64,000 nt of DNA. It comes from Candidatus Poseidoniaceae archaeon. Lineage in GTDB: Archaea; Thermoplasmatota; Poseidoniia; Poseidoniales; Poseidoniaceae. The DNA is taken from positions 1,030 through 65,029 of the forward strand of contig CASICQ010000007.1 in NCBI GenBank assembly GCA_949373235.1. The letters are read 5' to 3'. The notes under the pieces are model-generated. The model was not told where the DNA came from, ran no database searches, and was given only the letters and a program-made list of their open reading frames with translations. Both the position numbers and the translations under genes were made by a program. This document shows, one piece after another, positions 8,870 to 18,493 of this stretch (the first letter of the stretch is position 1; every line of letters begins with the position of its first letter).

Positions 8870-11542
8870 TCACAGTTCAGTGATGTCCTTGCGCTCGGTT
8901 GACACACCGAACGCTTCTTGCGCCTTGGCGTAAACTGCTCCATCGATGGTGCCTTCTCGAACAAGGGAGGAAAGGGCTGCAAGCGCAATTGCCTTGCCGT
9001 CGATTTCGAAGAAGCGACGAAGCGCTTCTCGAGTGTCTGAACGCCCAAAGCCATCGGTACCGAGCACGGTGAAATGCCCACCGACCCACTGTCGAATCAT
9101 GTCGGGCACAGCCGCCATGTTGTCTGAAACTGCGATGACTGGAACGGTGGCCTTGCCAAGCAGTTGCTCAACCCAGGGCTTCTTTGCCTCTTCAGTAGGG
9201 TGAAGGCGGTTGTATCGATCGCAAGCCAGACCTTCTCGACGCAACTCACCGTATGAAGTTGCAGAGTAAATTTCAGCGCGCACGCCCACCGCTTGGAGCT
9301 TCTCAACCGCATCGAGCACCTGGACCATGATTGGACCAGAGCCAATCAAACGAACGATTGGCCCGTCGCCCTTTGGTGCGCCTCGAAGCAGGTAAATACC
9401 GCGAACAATGCCTTCGTCGACGCCTTCTGGCTTCGGCGGCATTGGGTAATTCTCATTGTAAACCGCCACGTAGTGAATGACGTCCTTGTCTTGACCATAC
9501 ATCTCATCGATGCCGTGGCGGATGATGGTGGCCAATTCGTAAGCGAACGCAGGATCCCATGCTCGCACAGCAGGGTTGGTGTGGGCCATCAACAGGGAAT
9601 GGCCGTCTTGGTGTTGCAAGCCTTCTCCGTTGAGGGTGGTGCGCCCGGAGGTTGCACCCATCAGGAATCCACGGGCTCGCTGATCGGCTGCCGACCAAAT
9701 GAGGTCAGCCACGCGCTGGAACCCGAACATCGAGTAGAAGGTGTAGAACGGTACGGTTGGGTAGTGGTGGGTGGCAAACGATGTCGCTGAAGCGATGAAC
9801 GTCGAGGTGGCTCCTGCTTCATTGATCCCTTCTTCCAAAAGTTGGCCCTTAGCGGATTCCTTGTACTTCATCAGCACCTTGTGATCAACCGGCTTGTACA
9901 ACTGGCCTTCTGGGTGGTAAATGCCGAACTCTGCAAACAGTGGATCCATACCGAAGGTTCTCGCTTCGTCTGGAATGATTGGAACAATGCGCTCGCCAAA
10001 GCCCTTGTCCTTCATCAGGGCGCGCAAAATACGCACAAAGGCCATCGTTGTGGAAACTTGCATTTTTCCTTTGGTGCCTTCATCGAATTCGCCATACGTG
10101 GCTGCATCTGGCAACGTCAGGTCAAACTTGGGCACCGTGCGGGTTGGCATGAAACCGTCCATTGCAACTCTGCGCTCTTTGGCGTAGGCCACAAGTTCTG
10201 GAACGTCTTCAGGCATCACGTAAGGGTAGGCTTCCAATTCTTCATCGGAGAACGGTAGGCCGAGATCGTCGCGCATGTATTGCATGCTTACCATGTCGGC
10301 TTTCTTCTTCTGGTGTGTGGTGTTACGGCCGGCGAAAGCAGGACCGAGCCCGTACCCCTTGATGGTCCGCATCAGCACAACGGTTGGTTGGCCTTTGTGA
10401 GCGGTTGCCTGAGCGTAGGCTGCGTGGAGTTTGAGGAAATCATGCCCGCCGACATCTGCACACAGGTCAACGAGTTCATCATCGCTCAAGTGCGCTACCA
10501 AAGCAGCAAGGCCTTCCGAATTGAACAATTCCTTGCGGATGATTTCTCCATCAGCGGTCATAATGCGCTGCTCATCGCCGTCAACCAGCGAGTCGAGGCG
10601 TGAGGCAAGCAAACCGTGAGTGTCTCGGGCGAATAAATCGTCCCAACTGCTGCCCCACAGCACCTTGATGACGTTCCAGCCAGAACCGCGGAAGCGGCCT
10701 TCGAGTTCTTGGACAATCTTTGAGTTGCCCCGAACAGGTCCGTCAAGGCGCTGCAAGTTGCAGTTCATGGTCATCACGATGTTATCGAGGCCTTCTCGAC
10801 CAGCGAGCGAAAGTTGGGAAAGTGATTCAGGCTCGTCTGACTCGCCATCGCCCATGGTGTACCACACGCGTGAATTTGCCGTTGAAACGAGTCCACGGTC
10901 TTCGAGGTAGCGATTGAAGCGAGCTTGATGAATGGCCGTCATCGCCCCGAGGCCCATGCTGACGGATGGAAATTCCCAGAAGTCTGGCATCAAACGAGGA
11001 TGCGGGTACGAAGACAGACCGTTGCCACCGGTCTCTTGGCGAAAAGATTCCATTTGCTCGTGCGTCAATCGCCCTTCGAGCCAGGCTCGGGCGTAAATGC
11101 CAGGTGAAGCATGACCTTGCCAATACAAGTGATCGCCTTGGCCCGCGCCATCTTTGCCACGGAAGAAATGGTTGAAACCGATTTCCCAAGCGTGAGAAGC
11201 TGAAGCGTAGGTGGAAATGTGCCCACCAATGCCATCGAAGTTCTTGTTGCCTCGAGTCACAACCATCATTGCGTTCCAACGATTGACGCCGTTCAAGCGA
11301 GTTTCCAAATCCAAATCACCCGGATAAGTGCCTTGCTGGTCTGGATGAAGCGTGTTCATGTAAGGGGTGTTGACAACATCAATCTCGACGCCAGCATCTC
11401 GTGCAGCATCAACAGTGGAGAGCAACAAACGGCGGGCTTCTTCTTCCCCAATTTGGTCGCGGACGGCCAAAATTGAATCGACCCATTCCTGTGTCGCCAC
11501 AGGGTCTGGGTCCGGCAGCGTACCCCGAACACCAAAGCGCAT
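8870..11542 (-). CDS. aceE: pyruvate dehydrogenase E1 component, homodimeric AceE type
   Basis: About 890 aa colinear with E. coli AceE (HISTYASASH, GDGE.DEPES, NCNLQRLDGPV, GTDGFGRSD). Start set at internal ATG 11542 (MRFGVRGTLPDPDP). Confidence 0.85.
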   Translation of the reverse strand: MRFGVRGTLPDPDPVATQEWVDSILAVRDQIGEEEARRLLLSTVDAARDAGVEIDVVNTPYMNTLHPDQQGTYPGDLDLETRLNGVNRWNAMMVVTRGNKNFDGIGGHISTYASASHAWEIGFNHFFRGKDGAGQGDHLYWQGHASPGIYARAWLEGRLTHEQMESFRQETGGNGLSSYPHPRLMPDFWEFPSVSMGLGAMTAIHQARFNRYLEDRGLVSTANSRVWYTMGDGESDEPESLSQLSLAGREGLDNIVMTMNCNLQRLDGPVRGNSKIVQELEGRFRGSGWNVIKVLWGSSWDDLFARDTHGLLASRLDSLVDGDEQRIMTADGEIIRKELFNSEGLAALVAHLSDDELVDLCADVGGHDFLKLHAAYAQATAHKGQPTVVLMRTIKGYGLGPAFAGRNTTHQKKKADMVSMQYMRDDLGLPFSDEELEAYPYVMPEDVPELVAYAKERRVAMDGFMPTRTVPKFDLTLPDAATYGEFDEGTKGKMQVSTTMAFVRILRALMKDKGFGERIVPIIPDEARTFGMDPLFAEFGIYHPEGQLYKPVDHKVLMKYKESAKGQLLEEGINEAGATSTFIASATSFATHHYPTVPFYTFYSMFGFQRVADLIWSAADQRARGFLMGATSGRTTLNGEGLQHQDGHSLLMAHTNPAVRAWDPAFAYELATIIRHGIDEMYGQDKDVIHYVAVYNENYPMPPKPEGVDEGIVRGIYLLRGAPKGDGPIVRLIGSGPIMVQVLDAVEKLQAVGVRAEIYSATSYGELRREGLACDRYNRLHPTEEAKKPWVEQLLGKATVPVIAVSDNMAAVPDMIRQWVGGHFTVLGTDGFGRSDTREALRRFFEIDGKAIALAALSSLVREGTIDGAVYAKAQEAFGVSTERKDITEL

Positions 11543-11737
11543 CTCATGACCCTCCTTGTGGAGGCCTCCAACCTCGGGGCTTTCAACCCCTCGCTTGCGT
11601 CGCGTCGCAAAAAAAGAGCCCGCGGGGATAAAAGGCGCCTGAAAATAGCGTTCGGCTCGCAATACCTCGATTCCTGACGCTTGTTTTCAAGGAATACCTG
11701 CAGAAGAGATAAAGACCGAAGGGGCAGGGCGGGAGGT

Positions 11738-11917
11738 ATGTCCGTCGAGGCTATGGTAAACATGATGATTGAAGATTTGAACGCCGCTCTTGCTGATGCT
11801 GTGAAGCACGACAAGGGCAACGCAGCCGCAGGCACCCGTGTCCGCAAGGCTATGCAAGCCGCAAAGGCTGCCGCACAAGATGTGCGAGCCAAGGTCCAAG
11901 ATGACAAGAACGCTTGA
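11738..11917 (+). CDS. Hc1-like (histone-H1-like) small nucleoid protein, 59 aa
   Basis: EDLNAALADAVKHDKGNAAAGTRVRKAMQAAKAAAQD resembles the conserved N-terminal module of chlamydial Hc1/bacterial H1-like proteins (KGNKAAAQRVR). GGGAGG lies 6 nt upstream of the ATG. Confidence 0.45.
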   Translation: MSVEAMVNMMIEDLNAALADAVKHDKGNAAAGTRVRKAMQAAKAAAQDVRAKVQDDKNA

Positions 11918-11919
11918 GG

Positions 11920-13389
11920 TCAAGTGCGCGTTAATACGCGCCACTCGCCCCCGCCGTTGAGAAGATCTGCTTCTCCGCTTGATTCAACACTCCACCCAGT
12001 GGGAACATTGTTGACTTCAGGCGAGAGCACGATCACCGTAACTTGCGGCATGTTCTGATTCAAATCCTCAACCCAGTTGACGTCCACCGATCGCCAATGA
12101 CCAGTGATGTTGTTGGCTTCAGCGTCAAGCGGTTCGTAGAAGGTATAGAGCCAATGCATTCCAAGCGTCGCTTCTGAAACAAAGAGGAAGTGATCGCCCT
12201 GTTCAACGGGCATAACTTCCGCTGCTTCGTCTGTCCACATCGTTTGTCCGTGGACGCTTGCCAGAAGGGCGACCGGCATCAACAACGCAAGCCCAATCGC
12301 AATTGCTTTCAGTCGCCCATCAGGTGATTCAAGGGTCGGTATATTCGCTTCTCTTTGGAGATGCTTGAGCAACAGCACGCACGGAATGAACAGCAGCGTC
12401 ACATAGCGCCCGTTGTTGCCCATGGTCCAGACGATCCCCGGCCAAGGTGAGCCCCACAGCACTGATTCAAACGTCCAAAGCGCCGCAATGTAAAACACGA
12501 TGGCGGTTAATGCGGCGGAAATCATAGCCGTCATCGTTGCAACGGTGGCGTTTTCCACAGCCTTCAAGGCCCGAACAGCCGGGCCAATCAGTGGCCACAG
12601 CACCATGCCGAACAGCATGAAGAGGCCAACCGCATCGATGAGCGCGAACAGAAGCGAAGCGGTGTACTTCAGGGGTTCATCGACCATGATGGCTAATGTT
12701 GAAGACAACGAAAAGCCTCCGAGGGTGAGCATCAACAAGCTTGTCGCACCTGCTGCTACAGACCCCGCAACAAAGGGTTGCTTGGTCCAAATAAATCGCG
12801 GTGAGGCGTGCTCTTGCATCATGTTCCAACTGCTTCCAGTCGCACCAAGCAGCGCCCCCAGGGCAAGAACGCTTGAGGGTTCAGCCATGCCTTTGGCGTA
12901 AGGGATGCACATCAACAACAAGCCCCCGACCATGTTTTGGACAACACGGGTTTTTTCAGACCACAGGCCAGTGAATAGGCCAAAGGATAGGGCAAACAAT
13001 GCAGCGAAGTAGACCTCTTCATAGCCACGCCCGATTGAAAAAATCAACGCAGGTGAAAGCGAAAGAACGGTTGCGGAACGAAGTCCAACGGTCGAGAAGA
13101 CAAAGGCGACAAGTCCGAAGAAAACCACGAGTGCTAGCCCCTTGATTGCGGCTTCAGAACCGGAATAGATTGGCAGCACTGTGCGTTCACCGCCGTCGTT
13201 TGGATCGCTAAAACCGGATTCCTCAGGGCGCAAATCACCCCACGGCAGGGCTCCCGAATCATCAACGGCCATTTTGACATGGGTGTCAAGCCCTAAATCG
13301 CTTGTAAAGCAAACAAGAAGGTTCAGAAGAAGCCCGAGAACGAGCAAACCTTTCCAGGTGCGTTCATGTTCCAAATCAAACAGCACCAT
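11920..13389 (-). CDS. polytopic membrane protein (about 10 TM) with a C-terminal soluble domain of about 140 aa
   Basis: Hydropathy pattern. No family recognised. Confidence 0.5.
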   Translation of the reverse strand: MVLFDLEHERTWKGLLVLGLLLNLLVCFTSDLGLDTHVKMAVDDSGALPWGDLRPEESGFSDPNDGGERTVLPIYSGSEAAIKGLALVVFFGLVAFVFSTVGLRSATVLSLSPALIFSIGRGYEEVYFAALFALSFGLFTGLWSEKTRVVQNMVGGLLLMCIPYAKGMAEPSSVLALGALLGATGSSWNMMQEHASPRFIWTKQPFVAGSVAAGATSLLMLTLGGFSLSSTLAIMVDEPLKYTASLLFALIDAVGLFMLFGMVLWPLIGPAVRALKAVENATVATMTAMISAALTAIVFYIAALWTFESVLWGSPWPGIVWTMGNNGRYVTLLFIPCVLLLKHLQREANIPTLESPDGRLKAIAIGLALLMPVALLASVHGQTMWTDEAAEVMPVEQGDHFLFVSEATLGMHWLYTFYEPLDAEANNITGHWRSVDVNWVEDLNQNMPQVTVIVLSPEVNNVPTGWSVESSGEADLLNGGGEWRVLTRT

Positions 13390-13441
13390 GAGCGGTGGTT
13401 ACGGGGGTGGGGTTCAACCCTTTCGGACACTTCGCCCCACC

Positions 13442-14482
13442 ATGAGCGGAATTTTGCAGGGTATCAAAGTCGTCGATGTGTCGAGGATTCTTGCTGGACC
13501 ATACGCCACGCAAATGCTGGCTGATCTGGGCGCGGATGTGATCAAAATCGAAGCACCATGGGGCGATGACACGCGCCGTTGGGGCCCCCCTTTCACTCAG
13601 GGGTTCGATGGCAAACAGGTCGCAGCGTACTTTCTTTCCTGCAACCGCAACAAAACAATCGTCAATTTCGACCTCAAGCAGGATGCGGAATCCGTTCAAG
13701 CCATGATTGAAACGGCCGATGTCGTTGTTGAGAACTTCAAACCCGGAACCCTCGAACGCCTGCTCGGACCAATCCCCGACCACGTGATTGTGTGTTCAAT
13801 ATCGGCCTACGGTGCAACGGGGCCTCGCCGCGACGAACCAGGGTATGATGTGGCGTTGCAAGCACGATCTGGGATCATGAGCATCACCGGAGAGGCTCAG
13901 GGCGCACCGGTCAAGGTCGGTGTGGCTTGGATTGATGTCATCACGGGGCTCAATGCAGCCAACGCTATTCTGGCTGCTCTGTACAAGAAAGAGAGAACGG
14001 GTAAAGCAACTCACATCGACATCTCCCTGTGGGATTGTGCCATCGCTGCGCTTGTCAATCAGGCGCACAACGCCATGGCCAGCAATGAGAACCCGGTTGC
14101 GATGGGGTCAGCTCATCCAAACCTCGTGCCCTATCGGGCCTTTGAAGCAGCAGACGGTTGGTTTGTGCTTGGCGTTGGTTCTGACGCACAGTGGGAAACC
14201 GTTGTTGAGCGGCTTGAACTTTCGGAACCAGCAAAGAACCCTGACTGGGCAACCAACAAAGGGCGCGTCATCGACAGGAAGGCCGTCGAAACGTGCGTCG
14301 CAACGGCGATTGCTCGACTCGACCGTTCAGAATTAGAAGAGGTGCTTACCGGCGTGCCTTGCGCTCCTGTCAACACCGTGTTGGAAGCGTTAGCAGACCC
14401 ACAGAGCGTCGCCCGCGGCGCGATTGCACAGCATATGGGCGTTGATGTGTTGGCAAGCCCTCTGCGCTTTATGAGCGATTAA
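13442..14482 (+). CDS. CoA-transferase family III (CaiB/BaiF-like)
   Basis: GIKVVDVSRILAGPYATQMLADLGADVIKIE N-terminal signature; conserved D in GYDV. Confidence 0.75.
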   Translation: MSGILQGIKVVDVSRILAGPYATQMLADLGADVIKIEAPWGDDTRRWGPPFTQGFDGKQVAAYFLSCNRNKTIVNFDLKQDAESVQAMIETADVVVENFKPGTLERLLGPIPDHVIVCSISAYGATGPRRDEPGYDVALQARSGIMSITGEAQGAPVKVGVAWIDVITGLNAANAILAALYKKERTGKATHIDISLWDCAIAALVNQAHNAMASNENPVAMGSAHPNLVPYRAFEAADGWFVLGVGSDAQWETVVERLELSEPAKNPDWATNKGRVIDRKAVETCVATAIARLDRSELEEVLTGVPCAPVNTVLEALADPQSVARGAIAQHMGVDVLASPLRFMSD

Positions 14483-15507
14483 AACGAGAACAAGGACGTT
14501 TGCCCGCCTTCTCGAATCAACCCGACTTCGCGCAACTTCTCGAAGGCGTTGTCCATACGTCGTTGACTGAATTGGCGTTCGACTTGAAGGAACTGTATCA
14601 GGCCCTTCGTGTCCACCTGCCCCGGTTCAAGGTCGGCGTCTGCGACTTCGTGAGCGGGATGGTCATGGAAGATGGACCGGATTTCATCGAGCCGCTCAGG
14701 GACTTCTTTTTCTTTGACTTCACAGATCGCTTCGATGGTCCCGTGAGCCTTGATCAGCTTCATGCCCGTTTTGGGACCTATGCCCTTGATGCCAGGATGG
14801 AAATCAGTTCCAATCATAATGGCCAAGTCAATCAGTTGTTCTCGGGACAGGCCGTTCTCGTCAAGCACTTCATCCAAGATGATTTTTTGCGCCTTCACCA
14901 CGCGACCGTGTTGCTTTGATCCGTGGCTCATCAAGTTGCGAACAAGCAGCGGAGTTCCGTAGAGTAAGGCGTCCCAATCTTGAGTGGCGACCACATCCAG
15001 TTGGCCTTTTGCCGCCATGACCGCTGCTTGACCTTCGCCCTCTGCTTTGGCGTCAACCCAAGGCACACCGAGCAAATCGAGCAGTTGTTTGGTTTCAGCG
15101 ACCATCTCAGGAGAATAGTGCATGATGCGCGAGGCCATTTTTTGCGCCAATGGGAAATCCCCTGCTGCCAAGGCTTCCTTGTGCACGCGCTCTGCTTCAA
15201 GGCGACGGGCTTTGCGAGAGGCGATTTCATCCGCTTTGAGTTCCGGTGCTGTGCCGTCAAAGACATAGACGGGCTTAATTCCGGCTGCCAAAAGAGTCGT
15301 TGTGCGGTTGAGAAATCCCATCAAGTGCGAGACGACCTTGCCGTTCTCGGCTCGTAGCGGCCCCCCATCGCCTTGTGGCGATCGGTCCCGCATCGTGGTG
15401 AGGAATTGAAAGGCGGTAAGAAAAGCATCAACACCGACTCGTTTTCCCGCAAGACTGTTGAGATCGATGGTCTCAGGTGACGTGAGGTCTCGAAGGTTGC
15501 AGCCCAT
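14479..15507 (-). CDS. fen: flap endonuclease FEN-1
   Basis: MGCNLRDLTSPE...GKRVGVDAF N-terminus; XPG-N/XPG-I motifs; conserved acidic residues. Confidence 0.85.
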   Translation of the reverse strand: MGCNLRDLTSPETIDLNSLAGKRVGVDAFLTAFQFLTTMRDRSPQGDGGPLRAENGKVVSHLMGFLNRTTTLLAAGIKPVYVFDGTAPELKADEIASRKARRLEAERVHKEALAAGDFPLAQKMASRIMHYSPEMVAETKQLLDLLGVPWVDAKAEGEGQAAVMAAKGQLDVVATQDWDALLYGTPLLVRNLMSHGSKQHGRVVKAQKIILDEVLDENGLSREQLIDLAIMIGTDFHPGIKGIGPKTGMKLIKAHGTIEAICEVKEKEVPERLDEIRSIFHDHPAHEVADADLEPGQVDTKGLIQFLQVERQFSQRRMDNAFEKLREVGLIREGGQTSLFSF

Positions 15508-15582
15508 GAAGTTCACATTCGCTTCGGGTATGTGGTTGTTCCCATGCGAACCCGTCAAGAAGTCGGGGCGCAAGCGCTTGAC

Positions 15583-16740
15583 ATGGCGAGGCATGTAGCG
15601 TGTTTACGCGGATGGCATCCTGCGCTTGGTCGTGCTGAGATCGCCGCATTGTTGCCCATGCTCGAAACAGAGCGGCTGAACGGGCGGCGTTTGGTTGGTT
15701 TAACGGGCGATGCGTCCATGGATGACCTCGCCGCTGCTGTTGAAGTTTCCAGTGGATGTCAAGCGATCCTCTGCCACGCAATCGTGTGGGATCACCAACA
15801 AAACCAATCCCTTGACGCTTTGATTGATTCCATTGTTGATCATCTTGGAGACCATGCCCGAACTGGAACCGTTGCGGTTCGCGCTTGGCGGCATGAAGGT
15901 CGAATCAAGGGCGTCAGTCCGAGCCAACTGGCTCAACGGATTGGTGGGCGACTGCACGACCAAGGGTACAGCATTGACTTGGAGACCCCAGAACACCGCT
16001 TTGGGGTGGTCATCGATGCAAGTTCAAACACCATTGTGTGCGGGTGGATGCTTGGGTACGGTGAACAATCGGATGGCTTGGCCGTGCGGAAAGCTGCAGA
16101 GCGCCCTTTTTTCAAACCGGTGAGCCTTGATCCGCGTTTGGCTCGATTGGCTGTGAACCTCGCCTCTGGGCCAGTAAAGACCGGGACAACGATTGATCTG
16201 ATGTGCGGCACAGGTGGCTTCTTGATTGAAGCGGCCCTTTCGAATCGGTCAGCCATTGGCATTGACCTCGACCAGGTGATGGTCGATGGCACCAACCAAA
16301 ACCTCGAATGGGCCTTAGCCGCTGAACATCAAGATGAGCACAAGGCATTGGTGCTGAAAGCCGATGCAACTTCGCTTGGTGAAATCCCCGCTATCGAAGC
16401 ACATCGAGTGGTTGGGTTCGTGCTTGATCCGCCTTATGGAAGGAACTCACAAGGGTCCCTCGAACCGCTGGCTCTGCTTGAACAGGTGCTGTTGAGTGCC
16501 AGCAGTGTTGCCCATCAACAAGCAGGCCTGGTGTTGATTCTCCCCATGCACCCGATGGGTGAGCACCCCAATGAAGAACTGCAAGATGGAGTGGAAGTAA
16601 ATTTGTTGCACGGCGAATGGAAGGACGTCCAACGGGCCCTCCAAACATCACAATGGTCCATTCAAGGCCGTTGGGCTGAACACGTGCATGCAAGCCTCAG
16701 TCGACTCATACTTCACGCAACAGTTGCTCCTCAAGATTGA
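15583..16740 (+). CDS. THUMP-domain tRNA (guanine-N2)-methyltransferase, Trm11/Trm-G10-like
   Basis: N-terminal THUMP-like region; SAM-binding MCGTGGFLIEAA; catalytic VLDPPYG. Confidence 0.65.
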   Translation: MARHVACLRGWHPALGRAEIAALLPMLETERLNGRRLVGLTGDASMDDLAAAVEVSSGCQAILCHAIVWDHQQNQSLDALIDSIVDHLGDHARTGTVAVRAWRHEGRIKGVSPSQLAQRIGGRLHDQGYSIDLETPEHRFGVVIDASSNTIVCGWMLGYGEQSDGLAVRKAAERPFFKPVSLDPRLARLAVNLASGPVKTGTTIDLMCGTGGFLIEAALSNRSAIGIDLDQVMVDGTNQNLEWALAAEHQDEHKALVLKADATSLGEIPAIEAHRVVGFVLDPPYGRNSQGSLEPLALLEQVLLSASSVAHQQAGLVLILPMHPMGEHPNEELQDGVEVNLLHGEWKDVQRALQTSQWSIQGRWAEHVHASLSRLILHATVAPQD

Positions 16741-17110
16741 GCAGGGTGATGGCGTCTTCTTCGGTCGGTTCTGGGAATTGTGAACGGTGAGGGCAGCCTT
16801 CGTCTAAGATTGCTTCATCCTCTTCATTCAACACGTTGGGGTAGGTCCGGCACCCTCGAGGGCGCACTTCGTAGACCGAACACATGCCTTCTGCATTGGC
16901 ATCGGAAGAAGCGGTTAACAAAAAGACACAAGCCCGAGTTGTCTCGTCGTTCAGCAGCGTCAACACCCCGTTGTTTTTCCAAGTGAAGGCATCAACATCG
17001 ATACCAGTTCTTCTTGAAAGCAGGGAAGCCTCTGCTTTTGTCAAGGGCATTGTGGTCTCTCTACAGCACGCCGAACAACCCGTCGGTATGCATGGAAGTG
17101 AGCGGCCCAT
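16706..17110 (-). CDS. YkgJ/UPF0153-like putative Fe-S/Zn-binding protein
   Basis: N-terminal C-x4-C-x2-CC cluster plus additional Cys (CVFLL, CSVYEVRPRGCRTYP). Confidence 0.4.
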   Translation of the reverse strand: MGRSLPCIPTGCSACCRETTMPLTKAEASLLSRRTGIDVDAFTWKNNGVLTLLNDETTRACVFLLTASSDANAEGMCSVYEVRPRGCRTYPNVLNEEDEAILDEGCPHRSQFPEPTEEDAITLLNLEEQLLREV

Positions 17111-17166
17111 GTCCGTTGGAAACGACCCGCCTTATTCAAGAAGGGTGGCCAACTCGGGTGGAATAA

Positions 17167-17243
17167 GGGCGATTAGGGTAGCCTGGATATCCTGTCGGGC
17201 TTCGAACCCGACGACGCGGGTTCGAATCCTGCATCGCCCACCA
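17167..17243 (+). tRNA. tRNA-Arg (anticodon TCG), CCA encoded
   Basis: Cloverleaf folded by hand: acceptor GGGCGAT/ATCGCCC, anticodon loop CTTCGAA, T-loop GGGTTCGAATCC, discriminator A, 3' CCA. Confidence 0.8.
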
Positions 17244-17275
17244 GCACCCACGGCTTGCTTATGCCGTGCGCACAT

Positions 17276-18295
17276 TCAACGGGACCAGTGTTGAACCGTT
17301 TCTTGGCCCCATTGTTGATCTTCTCGTCGTGAAAGGCCAGCGGCGCTCAACGTGTTGTCGGCGAGGTTTGCCGCAACCGGCACCACGTGTTCCACTTCAC
17401 TTTGAACAAGGAAAAATTCGTCGACAAGACCTTGTTTGAGAAAGGCATGAACGGTCGAAGGTCCACCTTCAACAAGAACCCGCTGAACATCACGATCCCC
17501 AAGTTGATTCAACAGCGGCTTGAGGCCTCTGAAGGTTTCAGCCATGTGCAGCGTTTCATGCCCATCGTTGAGCAGGACTGCATCCGAGGGGATTCTGCCG
17601 TTCGGGTCGATGACGATGCGAAGCGGTTGGCGTTGTGCCTCAACGCGGCGAACCGTAAGCGAAGGGTCGTCCCTTGATACCGTCTCAGCGCCGACGAGAA
17701 CCGCATCGCAGTCCTGGCGCAGTTGATGAACTGCGTCGAGGCACCCCTCGGAAGTGAACCGCATGGGAGCACCTGAACGATCATCGACAGAACCGTTGCG
17801 ATCAACTGCAATCTTGACCGTCACCATTGGGCGACGATGTTCACACCAATGCATGAAAGCGCGCATTTGGGCACCAGCTTGCGCTTCGAGCAGCCCTTGA
17901 CGAACCGTGATCCCCGCTTGAACAAGCACTTCAATACCAGCACCGCGAACGGTCGGATTTGGGTCCAAATGGGCCACGATGACCTCCTTGATTCCCGCCC
18001 ACATCAACGCCTCAGTGCAGGGAGGTGTTCTGCCAAAGTGGTTGCAGGGTTCGAGCGTGACGTAGGCTGTGGCTCCGTTGGAGGAAAACCCGTTCTTTTC
18101 CGCATCGTGGATGGCCATTTGCTCAGCATGAAGACCACCAAGGTGATCATGCCAGCCTTCGGCAATGATGTTTCCATCTTTGACAAGAACACATCCAACA
18201 AGCGGATTCGGGCTCACTCGCCCCCTGCCCCGTTCGGCGACCTTCAGGGCTCGTTGCATGAACCCGTGTTCTTGGTCGCTCCACACCGTGGCCAT
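17276..18295 (-). CDS. ribD: bifunctional riboflavin biosynthesis deaminase/reductase RibD
   Basis: CMP/dCMP-type deaminase Zn site (HAEQMA...TLEPC) followed by a RibD C-terminal reductase domain. Confidence 0.8.
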   Translation of the reverse strand: MATVWSDQEHGFMQRALKVAERGRGRVSPNPLVGCVLVKDGNIIAEGWHDHLGGLHAEQMAIHDAEKNGFSSNGATAYVTLEPCNHFGRTPPCTEALMWAGIKEVIVAHLDPNPTVRGAGIEVLVQAGITVRQGLLEAQAGAQMRAFMHWCEHRRPMVTVKIAVDRNGSVDDRSGAPMRFTSEGCLDAVHQLRQDCDAVLVGAETVSRDDPSLTVRRVEAQRQPLRIVIDPNGRIPSDAVLLNDGHETLHMAETFRGLKPLLNQLGDRDVQRVLVEGGPSTVHAFLKQGLVDEFFLVQSEVEHVVPVAANLADNTLSAAGLSRREDQQWGQETVQHWSR

Positions 18296-18493
18296 GCCCT
18301 GTCCACAGGGCTGGGGTTCAAGACATCTTGCATACTGGCAACGCCTCCACATCTGTAAAAAGGCCACTGCGCCAACACCAGGGTTTATAATTCCGAATTA
18401 TGCACAATGACTGAAAGATGACCCACTTTAAGTTGGGGCGCAAAAGGCAATCACCGGAGAAGGTTTCAAACGCTTGTTCGTTTTGTTGCCAGC

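Noticed and set aside
8870-11662. Annotating the 930-aa ORF as transketolase or using the upstream ATG at 11662
   Set aside because: Colinearity with AceE-type E1 throughout; the ThDP motif is AceE-like. The extra 40 N-terminal codons are not conserved, and the canonical AceE N-terminus begins at 11542.
11681-11737. Longer 78-aa version of the Hc1-like ORF starting at TTG 11681
   Set aside because: The N-terminal 19 residues are Arg-rich junk preceding a GGGAGG Shine-Dalgarno-like element placed correctly for ATG 11738. The shorter ORF is preferred.
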